The notes under the pieces are model-generated. The model was not told the origin of the DNA, searched no databases, and saw nothing but the letters and a program-made list of their open reading frames with translations. A DNA stretch of 64,000 bases, taken from the NCBI GenBank assembly GCA_951406725.2, contig OX597820.1, positions 79,112,001 to 79,176,000 on the forward strand. Direction: 5' to 3'. Shown piece by piece: positions 25,392 through 39,321 of the stretch (its first letter is position 1; each line of letters starts with the position of its first letter). A program made the translations under genes and the position numbers. The DNA is from Octopus vulgaris (taxonomy: Eukaryota).

Positions 25392-25602
25392 AGCCTTCAT
25401 TATTTACTGACAATAGAAAATAGTCTGATATGAGGGCATATTAACCTTGAAATGGAAAAAAATAGGCATTTTCCCTTTTTTTTTCATTATTAGGGTTTTG
25501 TCTGATATTAGAGCATATAAACCCTCATAATCGAAGAAAGAAATGGGGGTTTATATCCCCTAATATCAGACAATTTTCTATAGTCAATATATAGTGAAGG
25601 CT
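25392..25602. repeat. MITE-like element with about 55-bp diverged inverted termini and an internal subrepeat
   Basis: agccttcattatttactgacaatagaaaatagtctgatatgaggg / ccctaatatcagacaattttctatagtcaatatatagtgaaggct. Confidence 0.65.
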
Positions 25603-26669
25603 TAATTCTATTTATAAAATTTCATTTGTCATTGTTTCCTAATTCACAGATGTTTGTAAAGAATAAAAAGTTTTGAACGGTACAACAATGCACTATAATA
25701 CAGACAATGGACTCTATACCTGTTGTAATTTAGTCATCCATAGTCTGATAATATTTTGGAATAAAATTCCTTCTTCAGATATTCTTAGATGGAGCCACTT
25801 CTATACTCTCCTAACACGTTTGCATATTAATGATGCATTTTGCTACTGTTACATTATATATATAATGCACCGGCTATTCTAAAGTATGGTAACAGTACTT
25901 GCTCAAGGTACTGTACAATGAGATTGAACCTGAAACCACATGGTTAGGAAGTAAATTTCTTAACCACACAGCCATGCTTACACTTAGACATTTAGCTCTG
26001 ATTCCCTTACTGTTTGTGAAATGAGATCATTCTTTTCTACTCTAGGCACAAGAGCCAAAATTTTTGGGGAAGGGGACCAGTTGATTAGATTGACCTCACT
26101 ATGCAACTGGTACTTAAATTATCGACCCCCAAAAAGATGAAAGGCAAAGTCAACCTCGGCAGAATATGAACTCAAACTGTAAGGACAGACGAAATACCAC
26201 TAAGCACTTCAAACAGCGTGCTAACGTTTCTGCCAGCTTGCCACCTTTTGAAATGAGATAATTACTTTCTCAAAAGCTAACATTCCCAGAATATTTAGTA
26301 TCCATTCCTAAAAGCTTGGTAAATTAAGGCAATGTAGAATAAAATATTCAACCCAGAAATGCAACAAAATACTGAAGGTGGAACTGAACTCCCAATCTAT
26401 GAGTAATTAATCCAGTAATTTATCCACTTGGCTATTTTCTTGACCTAAATTCAATAATCTTAAATATTCAAATTTTACTTTTTCGAAATAATTATTTTAA
26501 CCTTATAAGGCATATTGTAAATAACTCTTGATATTTCCAATGTACTTTTAAACAATAGAATTGAAAGCTTTGATAACCTCTTAGGATTCTTTATATTTGA
26601 ATAACAATAAACTGTCTGGCAGTTATAGAATTATTGACATTTAAATGATACTTGTGTGTGTGTGTTAGT

Positions 26670-26965
26670 GAAGGTGCATAGTTTAGTGATTAGGGCATTT
26701 GGTTCATGGTTGTAAGACTGTGAGTTCAATTCCCGGCAGTACATCGTATCCTTGAGCAAGACACTTCATTTCACGTTGCTCCAGTCCACTCAGCCGGCAA
26801 AAGTGAGTTGTACCTGTAATTCAAAAGGGCCAACCTTGCCACTCTCTGTGTTACACTGAATCTCCCTGAGAATTATGTTAAGGGTACACATGTCTGTGGA
26901 GTGCTCAGCCACTTACATGTTAATGGACCCACTGGATCCCTTGTCATTGTAACCGATGGAGTGCT
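26670..26965 (+). mobile_element. tRNA-derived SINE family D. Also 23350-23592(+) and 48535-48833(-)
   Basis: tRNA-like head with gagttcaattccc, then ccttgagcaagacacttcatttcacgttgctccagtccactcag, a CORE-like central domain. Confidence 0.75.
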
Positions 26966-27768
26966 TTTATGTATGCTTGTGTGTCTGTGCATGTGTGAGA
27001 CCTATTGAGTCAAGTACATCAAAATCAAAAGGAAATTGTTGTTGTGATCCCTATGCCGGTGGCACGTAAAAAGCACCCACTAGACTCCTGGAGTGGTTGG
27101 CGTTAGGAAGGGCATACAGCTGTAGAAACACTGCCAGATCAGACTGGAGCTTGGTGCAGCCTCCTGGCTTCCCAGACCCCAGTCGAACCGTCCAACCAAT
27201 GCCAGCATGGAAAACAGATGTTAAACAATGATGATGATGATGATGATGATATATATGGAAAGGGAAATGAGGAAAGCTTCTAACAATGTGTACAGTCAAA
27301 GAAATACACTACTGAAGATGGGTCTTTGCACCTCAAAATATAAAGGCTTTTCAACTTCTACCTCTGCTTTATTAGAAGCTTTACTCATTTCATTTATTAT
27401 TTTACTTCTATACTGCAATGCTTCAAGCAAACTACAATGCTCTTCATATATTAGTGTCTATATATATGTGCGCGTGTGTGTGTGTGTACAACCATATTTA
27501 ATTTGTTTGTGAACACTTTGATTTGCATAGACCTTTCACTGCAGAAATAATCCAAAGAAAAAACTACCCCCAACTTCTCCCGACAATATATGTAAAATAC
27601 ATTGGGCTACAAATGACATCGTAGGATATATGCACCTTGGCATCAAGGTACCTCATCAGCTATATATAAATACATTCTTATAGGGCTGTGAAGGAGGGAA
27701 AAAAAAGAAAAGCTTCTATACAACAGTAGGAGAAAGAAATGAGTCATTTAGATGAATAAATTAATTAC

Positions 27769-27905
27769 TTTTAATTGGTGAACTTTATCTTGATGATGTT
27801 TTTCTTGATCTGTCGTATCAGTCCAATGTCCTGTAATTACCACAGGGTTAGTTCCATCTTGAGTTGCTTCATATTTACCTGGATAAAGTTCCTCTAAACG
27901 TCTAC
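27769..27905 (-). CDS. DCDC1: DCDC1-like exon
   Basis: Acceptor tttatttttag, donor gtaatt. 137 nt, phase 1->0, GRRLEELYPGKYEATQDGTNPVVITGHWTDTTDQEKHHQDKVHQLK. Confidence 0.85.
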
Positions 27906-28389
27906 CTAAAAATAAATAAATAAAATTCTTCACAACAATAATCAACAATAGTAATTAGTAAAAAATATATGGAACATGTTAATTTCCATTATATTTTAAA
28001 TATGTTTTTATTTATTAATTGCTAGTAGGGACACTAGTTCATTCGACAGCTATAATATACAAACAAGTAGATTAAAGGTTTATTAGCCAATACAGTGTCC
28101 CACCTTGTGTTAGCAGTGCTTTTAAATCACTTTTTAAAGTTCTCTCTACAGATTTAGAGCCAGCACTAATAGTTACAATCTTTCATATATGAATATGTCT
28201 GTAATGTGTGCGATTGAAGATAGGAAAATAGGTAAAGGGTGTACCTGCATATTTTAGGAGTTATTTCTTCTTCCACATCACATCCAACCCATTACCTGTC
28301 CACAAGCACATTGCTTAAATAGCCTCTAAGCTTAGCAGTGTAACACCATATATTGTTATGCAATCGTGATATACTATCAAATATGTTAA

Positions 28390-28578
28390 CCCTTTCATTA
28401 CCAACCCAGCTGAAACTGGCTCTGAGTACAAATGTCTTGTTTTCATAAGTTCTGAATTAAAATCTTAGTCACAATTTATGACTTAATGGTAACTAAGTTA
28501 TTTTGCTAAATTCTTTGTTACATTTAAAATTAATTGAAAGAAACAGAGCATCTCAACAGAAATATGGTGACAAAAGGG
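28390..28578. mobile_element. piggyBac-type MITE. Copies at 49706-49910 and 54443-54660 (inverted)
   Basis: TTAA|CCCTTT...AAAGGG|TTAA termini (one terminal base altered in the third copy) and shared internal sequence in all three. Confidence 0.85.
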
Positions 28579-29619
28579 TTAACAGGTTGGATGTGGTGCT
28601 GATGAAGGATCAACAACTCCTGAAATATGGATATACACGTACTACCTATTTTTCTGTCCCCAATCACACTGTTTTTCTAGAGGAAATATAACTTTCATTG
28701 CTAGCTCTTAATTCAATAGAAAATCAGTAGAGATAACTTAAAAGTGATATTTTAATCTTTATTTCAGTTAATCTCTGGTAGACTTTAGATGTTAGGATTT
28801 CTAAACATAAAAATAATTGCAAGAATTTGTAGACTAGGCACAGATATAGCTGTGTGGTTAAGAAGCCTGCTTTGCAATCACATGGTATCAGGTTCAGTTC
28901 CACTGTGTAGTACCTTGGACAAGTGTCTTCTGCTATACTATAGCCCTGAGGTGTGAGTGAATTTGGTGGTCAGAAACTATCAGGAAGACCACAATGTATG
29001 CGTGAGTGTGCACGTGCGCACGTTTGCGCTCCTCCTGCCCACTGCTTGACAACTGGTTTTGGATTATTTATAAGTTTGTGACTTAGCAGTTCAGCAAAAA
29101 GGACCACTAGAATACGTACCAGACTTTAAAAAAAAGGTGAAACACTGACGGTGAGGGGGGGGGGGGGGTGATTTGTTCGATTGAACCTGTCAGGGTGGTG
29201 CTCCAGCATGGCCACACTCCAAAGAGTGATATATATAAATGATAAAAAGATAGCGATAGTCTGGGCTTGTATGAACTGGTTTGGAAATTTAAACAAAAGA
29301 GATTGTTATTATTTTGGCACCTGAAAACCATTTCAGCAGCATGAAGAAACCCAAGAGAATTGGACACTTGAATCTTTTGAAGGAAATCACATAAAGAAAA
29401 CGAAAAAACTAAATATGAGAATGAAAATGTTTGAGAAAGAGATGTAACTAGATAGACAGACAAACAGACAGATAGATAGATAGACAGGTGGATATAGACA
29501 GAGGAATGGATACAGAGAGAGATATGTGGAGTGAGAGACAAATAGATATAGATAGATAAATAGGTAGATAGACAGACAGACAGATAGATATAGAGAGAGG
29601 GAAAGAGTGAGGATCTTAC

Positions 29620-29721
29620 CTTTCAGTTGCCGTAATATATGCTTGTGTGTGTCAAGTTCCATTGCAATGTTTGCTTGGATCTTCCTTTTCTTACGTCGGT
29701 TTTCCTCCTTCGATTCAACAA
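29620..29721 (-). CDS. DCDC1: DCDC1-like exon, basic/coiled-coil segment
   Basis: Acceptor cttgttttaccag, donor gtaaga. 102 nt, phase 1->1, VVESKEENRRKKRKIQANIAMELDTHKHILRQLK. Confidence 0.85.
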
Positions 29722-30044
29722 CTGGTAAAACAAGAAAATATTGAAGTTATCAACTGAAGCAGATGTGTCTGTGTTTATATCTATATATATATATATACAA
29801 ATATATACATACACGTATAATGTTGTGCTTGAGAAGAAGACCCATCAAGCCAAATAAAATTGCAGTTGTGGAATGTAAAAGCACCCATTACACTCTTGGA
29901 GTGGTCGGCATTAGGAAGGGCATCCAGCCATAGAAAACTATGCCAAATCAAACTGGAGTCTGGTGCAGCCTTCCAGCATGCCACTCCTGGTCAAACCGTC
30001 CAACCAATGCCAGCATGGACAACGGATGTTGAATGATGATGATG

Positions 30045-30075
<31 letters not shown>

Positions 30076-30676
30076 GTAGAAATACATAAATCTGGAGTAG
30101 AAACACACTCTAAGGTGTGCAGTTACTATTGTAGTGGGGCAAGGCAGCGAGCTGGCAGAAATGTTAGCACACCGGGCAAAATGCTTAGCAGTATTTCGTC
30201 TGTCTTTACGTTCTGAGTTCAAATTCCACCGAGGTCAACTTTGCCTTTCATCCTTTTGGGGTCGATAAATTAAGTACCAGTTGTGTACTGGGGTCGATCA
30301 AATCGACTGCTCCCCCTCCCCAAAAATTTCGGGCCTTGTGCCTATACTAGAAGAGAATATTATATAGTGGGGTAATGCCTTTCCCAATGCCAACCACTTT
30401 ACTGTGTGGACTGGGTGCTTTCAGACATGGCACCAGCACTAATGAGGTCACCAAATAACTTACACAATAGGATAAGAAGAAAAAAAGGAAAAGGAGAAAG
30501 CCCTCCTGACTAAGTGGGGCATGTATTTGATAGGGGACTGGTGGTTTAGTGTCAGGTTTGGGGAGATTAAAGTACAATAGAGTGACAAGGTGTCTCACTA
30601 CAGAGAATATACTTGGCTACCTGCATATCAATAATTAATAATCAGTAATTCTTAAATAAGTGGTTGATTATTTCAC

Positions 30677-30817
30677 CTTCAGGAGGAATGAACCTTCGAT
30701 TACTTGATACCCAGACTTCAATTGGATAACGTAGAATACAACTCAAGGGAGGTAAATCAACAGTTTTCATTAGGCTGTCTCTTGTCTTTGCCATCTCATC
30801 AGTATCAATTTGGTCTT
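30677..30817 (-). CDS. DCDC1: DCDC1-like exon
   Basis: Acceptor tttttgttacag, donor gtgaaa. 141 nt, phase 1->1, EDQIDTDEMAKTRDSLMKTVDLPPLSCILRYPIEVWVSSNRRFIPPE. Confidence 0.85.
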
Positions 30818-32149
30818 CTGTAACAAAAAAAAAACAAAACAAAAAACATCATCAATGCAAAAATCAATACATTGCTATGTATAGCTTCAGTGATTCAAAT
30901 GAGATTGGTAAATAGATTTGGATGAGAGAGAGGTGGTGGAAGAGAAGGGAGAGAGGGGAGGTTTATCAACAGAAAAAGTAATTACAGCAGTACACACACA
31001 CACACACATGCACATATAATTATATCATCATCATCATCATCGTTTAACATCCGTTTTCCATGCTGGCATGGGATGGATGGTTTGACTGGGGTTTGGGAAG
31101 CCAGGAGGCTGCACCAGACTCCAGTCTGATCTGGCAATGTTTCTACGACTGGATGCCCTTCCTAATGCCAACCACTCTGAGAGTGTAGTGCATGGGAGCC
31201 AGTCAAGGTGGTGCTGGCATCGGCCATGTTCGGATGGTGCTTTTTACGTGCCGCTGGCACAGAAGCCAGTTAGGGTGAGGGGGCTGGCATTGACCATATT
31301 TGGATGGCACTTTTTATGTGCCACTGGCACGGGGACCACAACTACGATTTTCATTTGATTGTGATTTGATGTTGATGTACTTAACTCAATAGGTCTCTTC
31401 AAGCAATATATAAACACATATACATGCACAACAATTATATATACACATATGTATTATATAAATGTGTGTATTCATACATACATATGCACACATACACACA
31501 CAATCATACCTATATATATATATATCTGTTTAGACAGTCATTCAGTATGGAGGAAAAAAGTCAGGTTTCGACTTTCTACCTTAATATAAGGAGCAATGAC
31601 CGAGACCTTTGGCATTATGTCGTGCTTGAGAAGAAGACCCATCAAGCTAAGCAAAATTACAATCATGGCAGATACTGGTGTCGTACAAATGGCACCCATG
31701 CCAGTGGCACATAAAAGCACCCATTACACTCTCAGAGTGCTTGGTGTTAGGAAGAACATCCAGCTGCAGAAACCATGCCAGATCAGACTGGAACCTGGTG
31801 CAGCTTACCAGCCCTGGTCAAACTGTCCAACCCATGCCAGCATGGACAATGGATGTTAAATGATGATGATGATGATATATGAGAGTTTCCTTGAAAGTGA
31901 CTTGATCAGAGAAAGTGTTGAAATTAAAGCAATTACAAAATCAAGAAAGAGCCATTGTATAAAAATACACAAAAACTGTCAAATTCACTTTTAATTTATT
32001 TCATGAAGTGTCAAAAATTTTCTACCCACAAGTTTCTAACGAATCATGAAATAAATAAAATATGAATTTAACAGTCTTTCTGTTTTTAAATGACCAAGAT
32101 GGTCTCTTCTACAAAGTAACTGTTATACTCACTCACATATGTATGTGTG

Positions 32150-32530
32150 CGTGAGTACCTATGAGAACTATATTATTTGCATAATGTGAAGAATACACCA
32201 GCAGTAATACCCAAATAATCTTATCAAATTTGCAACCCATCCAAGGCTGGGACCTTTTGTGCCATATGACCTTGACACAATTCATACCTACAATGCATAA
32301 ATACATTTAATTTTCCTCAACAGACCCTACTCTATTTAACATTATCCAAAAACAAATCAAAGAAAAAGATCTCTTCACCTTCAACGATATTTGGACAAAT
32401 TTCTGCAGGAGATACCAAACAAGTTACCTATTCCTGGATACATCTCTATCAACAACAACTTTCTACTTGAATGGGCCATGATACCACAAATCTCAATTCA
32501 AAAATGGCTTAAACAGATTCTGTGAGGTGG
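32150..32530 (+). mobile_element. CR1/L2-clade LINE 3' remnant
   Basis: Decayed peptide HPRLG...PTLFNII.KQIKEKDLFTF.RYLDKFLQEIPNKLPIPGYISINNNFLLEW, typical of a CR1-group ORF2 C-terminus. Confidence 0.7.
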
Positions 32531-32586
32531 TGTTATTAAGTTAGATATATAGCCGAGGCCAATTTTGGCTGAAAAATATATCAAAG

Positions 32587-32626
<40 letters not shown>

Positions 32627-34292
32627 GCCAGTGCCGGTGGCACATAAAAAGCACCATTCAAGCAGGGTCGATGCCAGTGTTACCTGACTGGTCCCCATCC
32701 GGTGGCATATAAAAGTACCCACTACACTCTTGGTGTAATTGGCATTAGGAAGGGCATCCAGTTGTAGAAACTTAGCCAGATCAGATTGGAGCCTCGTGCA
32801 GCCTCCTGGCTTGCCAGTCCTCAATCCAATCCATGCTGGCATGGAAAGCAGATGTTAAATGATGATATATATATATATATATATATATATCTGTGTATAT
32901 GCGTGGTGTCAAAATTACATTGATATTTGATTGGCAGCTGATGAGGGAGTTACCCTGTTATTTTTGTTATTGTTAACGTCTCAGCACAGGGATTCTGTCT
33001 ATATGATTTATTTTACTTAAGAAAGATAATTCAGGTTTTTACTTTGCCTTATCGTTCCTTGGTAGAGTGTGTTTTAGTGGTAGCACACAATTTTTTTTAT
33101 ACTAGAAAAATACTGTTTAGTAAATAGTAAGTAGCTAAAGTTTGTCAAAAGTAAAATGTAGTTATACCAAAGATATGGTGTGTGTGGTGCAGAGAGAGAG
33201 AGAGAGAGAAAAAAAGAAAGAGAGAGAGAGAGAGAGAAAGAAAGAGAGAGAGAGAAAGAAAGAGAGAGAGAGAGATGTAAAATACAAAGTGTTGCAAAAG
33301 TTAGGTTCTTTTAATAATGTTCACCAAAGAAAACAAATGAATAAACTATTAATTCAATACATAAAAAGAGGTGAATGAAAATAGAATCAATATTCCAAAA
33401 GTAATTAGAGAAAAAATTAAATTTCTTTGCTTAAATTTCTGCCTTTAGATTATTTAAATAATTTTTCAATTCCACCTTAAAGCAGCCAAACCAAATCTGT
33501 CTGGAATAACCATGCTGTGTTCCATTATGATTGATTGTTACAATTTTATTTCTTTATTTTTTTTCATTAGTCAGATTTTGAAAAGATTTCCACACTTTAT
33601 GCTAACCTACTGATCTAATACATTTTTGAGCTGAAATTTGTCATAGAATTTTTTCCTTCTTGATTTCTTTTCTTTTCTATTTTCTTTTTTTAAATTTTGC
33701 TTTTGTAGGAAAACTATCAGTCATAATTTCTCTTACCTTCTTATTTTGGATTCACATTCAAAAAACATATCACCAAAATTTTATTATTAATTTCGAGGAA
33801 TATTGGCTTTCTTTTCTCTATAATTTCTATACCCACTAGGGCATTTATATACATACATAATGATGATGACGATGATGATGACATATATATAAGGCGATGA
33901 GCAGGCAGAACTGTTAGCATGCCGGGTGAAATGCTCAGCGGTATTTCATCTGCTGTTACTTTCTGAGTTCAAATTCTGCCAAGGTCGACTTTGCCTTACA
34001 TCCTTTCGGGGTTGATTAAATAAGTACCAGTTATGCACTGGGGTCGACATAATTCACTTAATTCGTTTGTCTGTCCTTGTTTGTCTCCTCTGTGTTTAGC
34101 CCCTTGTGGGTAGTAAAGAAATAGGTATATCATCTGCTGTTACGTTCTGAGTTCAAATTCTGCCAAGGTCGACTTTGCCTTTCATCCTTTCGGGGTTGAT
34201 TAAATAAGTACCAGTTATGCACTGAGGTTGATGTAATCAACTTAATCCCTTTGTTTGTCCCCTCTGTGTTTAGCCCCCTGTGGGCAATAAAG

Positions 34293-34325
<33 letters not shown>

Positions 34326-35759
34326 CATAGGTGTAGCTGTATGGTGAAGAAGTTTGTTTCCTAACCCTGTGGTCTCAGGTGTGGACTATAGTAGAAGACA
34401 CTTGCCTAAGGTACTGTGTAGTAGGACTGAACTCAAAACCATGTGGTTACACAGTGAGTTTCTCAACTGCACAGCCATACTTGTGCCTATGCAATAATAT
34501 TCCACCTAATGCAGGAATTGAACTCATGATCCTAAGATTAAGGGTCTTGTGCTCAACAGTATCAGCCTGGATATTATATCCCTCCTCTTACTATATGTAT
34601 ATATATTCAATGGGCTTCTTTCAGTTTCCTTCTACCAAATCCACTCACAAGGGTTTGGTTGGCCCAAGATTATAGTAGAAGACACTTTCCCAAGAAGACA
34701 CTGCCATGCAGTAGGACTGAATCCAGAACCATGTGGTTGGAAAGCAAGCTGTTTACCACACAGTAATGCTTACGCTTTTTCTTCTAAACATTTTTTTCAA
34801 ATTAATACACTGTCTTTTCTAATTATTACTAAATAATCACTGACACTATGCTGGAGTTCTCAACCCTCACACTTGACAAGCCAAACATATACAGGATTAC
34901 ATGGTATCAGCTTCACTCACAAGGAACATGACATACATATACACTCATACATTGTCTTTTTGTTATCTATATTCCATGTTTTAGAGACCAGTTCCTTCCT
35001 TATAGGAAGAGTTCAAATAATTAAAGATAAAGAATACAAATACATGCGTATGTATGTATGTATATTTGTACGTATGTATGCATGTTTGTGTGTATATATT
35101 TGGAAGGGTATCCAGCCGTAAAATCTATGCCAAAACTGACCTTGCCTGTGCTTGTGCCACATAAAAGCACTCAGTCCATTCTGCTGGGGGGAGCTTGTGT
35201 TAGGAATGGTATCTAGCCATAAAAACCCTGCCAAAACAGACACAGTTTAGTGTAGGCGCCTGTCTGGCTAGCTCCTGTCAAACTGTCCAATCCATGCCAG
35301 TATGGAAGATGGACATTAAACGATGATGATGATGATGATGATATATATATATATATATGTAATCAACAGTAATATAAATAAATTGATTTTGGCTGTATTC
35401 AAACTCTCCATTTTCTTTATATTATACAGCTGAAATTATATATATGTGCTGGTGGCACATAAAAAGCACCATCCGATCATGGCCGTTTGCCAGCCTCATC
35501 TGGTACCTGTGCTGGTGGCATGTAAAAAGCACCCACTATACTCATGGAGTGGTTGGTGTTAGGAAGGGCATCCAGCCGTAGAAACATTGCCAGATCAGAC
35601 TGGGCCTGGTGCAGCCTTCTGGCTTCTCAGACCCCAGTTGAACCGTCCAACCCATGCTAGCATGGAAACCGGACGCTAAATGTTGATGATGATGATGATG
35701 ATATACATCCCACCCATACTAACATGGAACATGGACGTGAAATGATAATGATATATGCA

Positions 35760-36243
35760 TATGGACAAGGACAGCTGTGTAAAGAAGTGCCGATCTCTGA
35801 CTGTGGAGGGGACCTGTGGAAGAGGTAAACCCAGGAAAACATAGGACGAGGTGGTGAAGCACAGTCTTCGAATGTTGGGTTTCAGAGAGGTGATGACAAA
35901 TGACAGACCTTTGGCGATATACTGTGCTTGAGGAGACTTGTCAAGCCAAGTGAAATCACAGTCATAGCCGATGCTTGTGTTGCATAACTGGCATCCGTGT
36001 CAGTGACATGTAAGTGTACCTGTGCTGGTGGCACATAAAAGCATTCATGCTGGTGGCACATGAATATCATCCATTATACTCTTGGAGTGGTTGGCATTAG
36101 GGGAAGGGCATCCTGCCATAGAAACCAAGCCAAATCAGACTGGAACCTGGTGCAGCTCTCCAGCTTACCAGTTCCCGTCAAACTGTCCAACCCATGCCAG
36201 CACGGAAAGCAGATGTTAAATGATGATGATGACGATGATGATG
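35760..36243 (+). mobile_element. RTE-type LINE 3' fragment
   Basis: HMDKDSCVKKCRSLTVEGTCGRGKPRKT*DEVVKHSLRMLG followed by the common 3' UTR and (GAT)n. Confidence 0.8.
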
Positions 36244-39189
36244 ATATATATGTTGTAATAATGAAATCAAAGCAAATCATGATATTTTGAAATCAATATG
36301 TATGTTTCAGGTCAGGAAATGCATTCGTTAAGTAAGACCTTCCTCAATTAATTGTGTGTGTGTGTGTGTGGGTGTGTTGTAAGATAAGAGTTGTAAAATC
36401 CCAACTACTTTACAGCATGGGCTGGGTGTTTTTCATGTGGCACAAGCAACAATGTGGTCACCCAATGATTTACGAGGCCAAGCCCCTTCAACTGAACTCC
36501 GGTGTCTTTGTGTCATATGAGATGAGTATGAGCAGAAGGAGAGAAATAGTTGCCTTGCAGTAAAGAAGATATAGGATTACCTCAGTAAGAGAGAAGAGGG
36601 GATCTGTCAGTAGGTGGGTGTATATGCATGAGTGAATATGTAATTGCCTATTTGTAAACAAAATGTTATCATTCATAAAAACGGTGTCATTTGTTTCCAA
36701 TCATCTGTGAAAACATGTCTGGACTGTTTAATAGACTAGGATAAATATTTATTTCTTTATTGCCCACGGGGGGGGGGTAAACATAGAGGGAACAAGCAAG
36801 GACAGACAAAGGGATTAAGTCGATTATATCAACTCCACTGTGTAACTGGTACTTATTTAATAGACCTTGAAAGGATGAAAGGCAAAGTTGACCTTGGCGG
36901 AATTTGAACTCAGAACATAACGGAAGATGAAATACCTATTTCTTTACTACCCACAAGGGGCTAAACACAGAAAAGACAAACAAGGACAGACAAACAGATT
37001 AAGTCGATTATATCAACCCCAGTGCATAACTGGTACTTATTTAATCGACCCTGAAAAGATGAAAGGCAAAGTAGACCTCGGTGGAATTTGAACTCAGAAC
37101 ATAGTAGTAGACGAAATACCACTAACGATTCTGCCAGCTCGCCACCCTAATAGACTAAGGTAAATATTACTTTGCTTGGAAATGGGTGAAAGTTGGTGAG
37201 AGGAAGAGCGTCTCGCCATAGAGGAATCTGCCTGAACTAACTTTTGCAAGCATGGAAAATGGGATATTAAAATAATGATGTTATGTATCATCACACATAA
37301 ACGAAGTGGATGGTTTGAAAATTATTGGATTGTTGGGCAATCACAAATAGCTCAAGGATCTTACATAATCCCTCAACATTGAAATATACTGGAATGATAA
37401 CCACTGATGTCTGAAAATCATATAAGGACATATTTTAGGCCAACAAAGCACTAATTAATTAATTATTAGTGACAGAAGCAGTAGTAGTACCAAAAAGTAA
37501 TCCTTATATCCAACTTAATGTGGGCGTCTTGTAAGAACACTGAATACTGCTTTATTAGCTTTGAGAGATCCTCTCAGATTGGTACTTGGTGCATAAAAGC
37601 ACTCACATAGATTGTAGCAGATGACAATCGTCTGTTATGGGCACCTGAACTCCCATATCATGTGATTTCATTCTACTGAAAATCATCAGTGGAAGGCATC
37701 CAGTCACCCCATGTCTATCAAATCTCACTGCTACAATATATAAAACATCAGCATCTTTTCAGACACTGATGTTGCAAATAGCCAGCAGGCTTATCAAAAA
37801 TTCATTATTAGCAATGGAAGCAAAGCACCAAGCATCTATATGAGAGGATCTTTCGAGGTTAATAAAACATTAATCAATTATATAGTGTTGCCACTGCTTA
37901 CCGCTGTGGACTATACCACTCAGCAATATGTAATGAGAGGTCAATGTACTGAGCCAGATATATTTAACTTTTTAAGTGTGGGAGAAATCAATAAGCACTT
38001 TGTTGAAAGTATGGCCAGATATGTGAGTTGCAGTAAGCATTTGTGACTGTTTTGCCACTTTTTAAAAATATAATTCAATTTGAAAAATTTATTCTTTTGT
38101 TCTTGTAGTTTATACAATTTTATTGCAACAAGGCTTGAGGTCACTGTAATGTCCAAGGAAGGAAAAGAAAAGGCCTATATATTTAAAAAACGCTGATTGA
38201 CAGAAAGTTTGACAATATTCTAATAATTTTTGTGATCTTTTTGTGGCCCATAACAAGCAACTATTAATTTGCACGTCATTCTTCATTGCCCTCTGATATT
38301 TATTGTGTTTTTAACATAACTCATCCATTAGAGATATTAACTCCAGACAAATACTTTAACCGGTTAGCACTAGTTTATTTTTAAAACGACATTGTAGGGT
38401 AGGTGTGAGAGGCTAGATCTGGCTGGTTTGAACATAAAACAGGTTAAATATTTGGGCAGGATATGGCTGGTTTAAGGGTTAAACAGTTAAATATGACACA
38501 TTGATGGCTATTTTAATTAAATACTACCTCAATTGCATACACTGGATTTTTATTCAACTGGGCAGCTGTTTGCAACATCAGTGAGTGTTTTATTATTTTT
38601 TCCTGTAAGAGAGGTGATGAATTCTCACCTGACCAAGTTGTTGGTTGTGAGTGTGCACCAACAAAAATGCTCAAAAAGGCCAAAATGCATCTGGTGTTCT
38701 TGCTGGTCACAGCCAATACGGATGAATTTTCATCTCTCTCTGACTTTGTGTTTTTAATACAGCAACTTCATAAGAGAAGTTACCTCAATATCCAGTAGGT
38801 TCACCATCATCAATTCACTGCAGGGAAAGTTCACTGTCATCAATTTACTTTTTTTTCCTTTCAATACAATAGTTTTTAATTATTAATGGTGAAATACTAT
38901 GGATATATTTTCTCAGTAAACTTTCCTCACAGTGAACTTTCTTCATAGAGAATTGATGGCAGTGAACTCTCTTGCAATGTGATCATTATCTCAGGACAAA
39001 TACTAAAGCAACCGGCCTATCAACACTGTATACATATACATTAAATATGATGCACAAATGGCTGTTACAATAAAGAGTATATTGTAAAGACCTATGAAGT
39101 TACATTGAAAGACTGACTATGTGGAAGTTGCTATGCTTTATGTCTCCTGTGTATTTTGGATGACAAATTAATAAAGAACATTTTCTTAC

Positions 39190-39321
39190 CAGCAAAAGAT
39201 GCTTCTTTCACATCATCCCTCTCAGCATCACTTAATGAAGATTGATTCAGTTCAGCTGCACTCAACTCCACTGTTTCATTAGCTTTGTTAGGTGACTGAG
39301 TTGACTTTTCTGTATTTTTCA
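39190..39321 (-). CDS. DCDC1: DCDC1-like exon, low-complexity linker
   Basis: Acceptor gcttatttcag, donor gtaaga. 132 nt, phase 1->1, KNTEKSTQSPNKANETVELSAAELNQSSLSDAERDDVKEASFA. Supported by phase fit and an open frame only. Confidence 0.7.

Noticed and set aside
28691-28749. About 60-bp segment repeated at 57187-57247
   Set aside because: Short, diverged and AT-rich; most simply a dispersed repeat fragment with no evidence of function.
38513-38760. Possible extra exon with a gtgaga donor near 38628
   Set aside because: No good acceptor or recognisable homology, and the flanking exons already join in phase.
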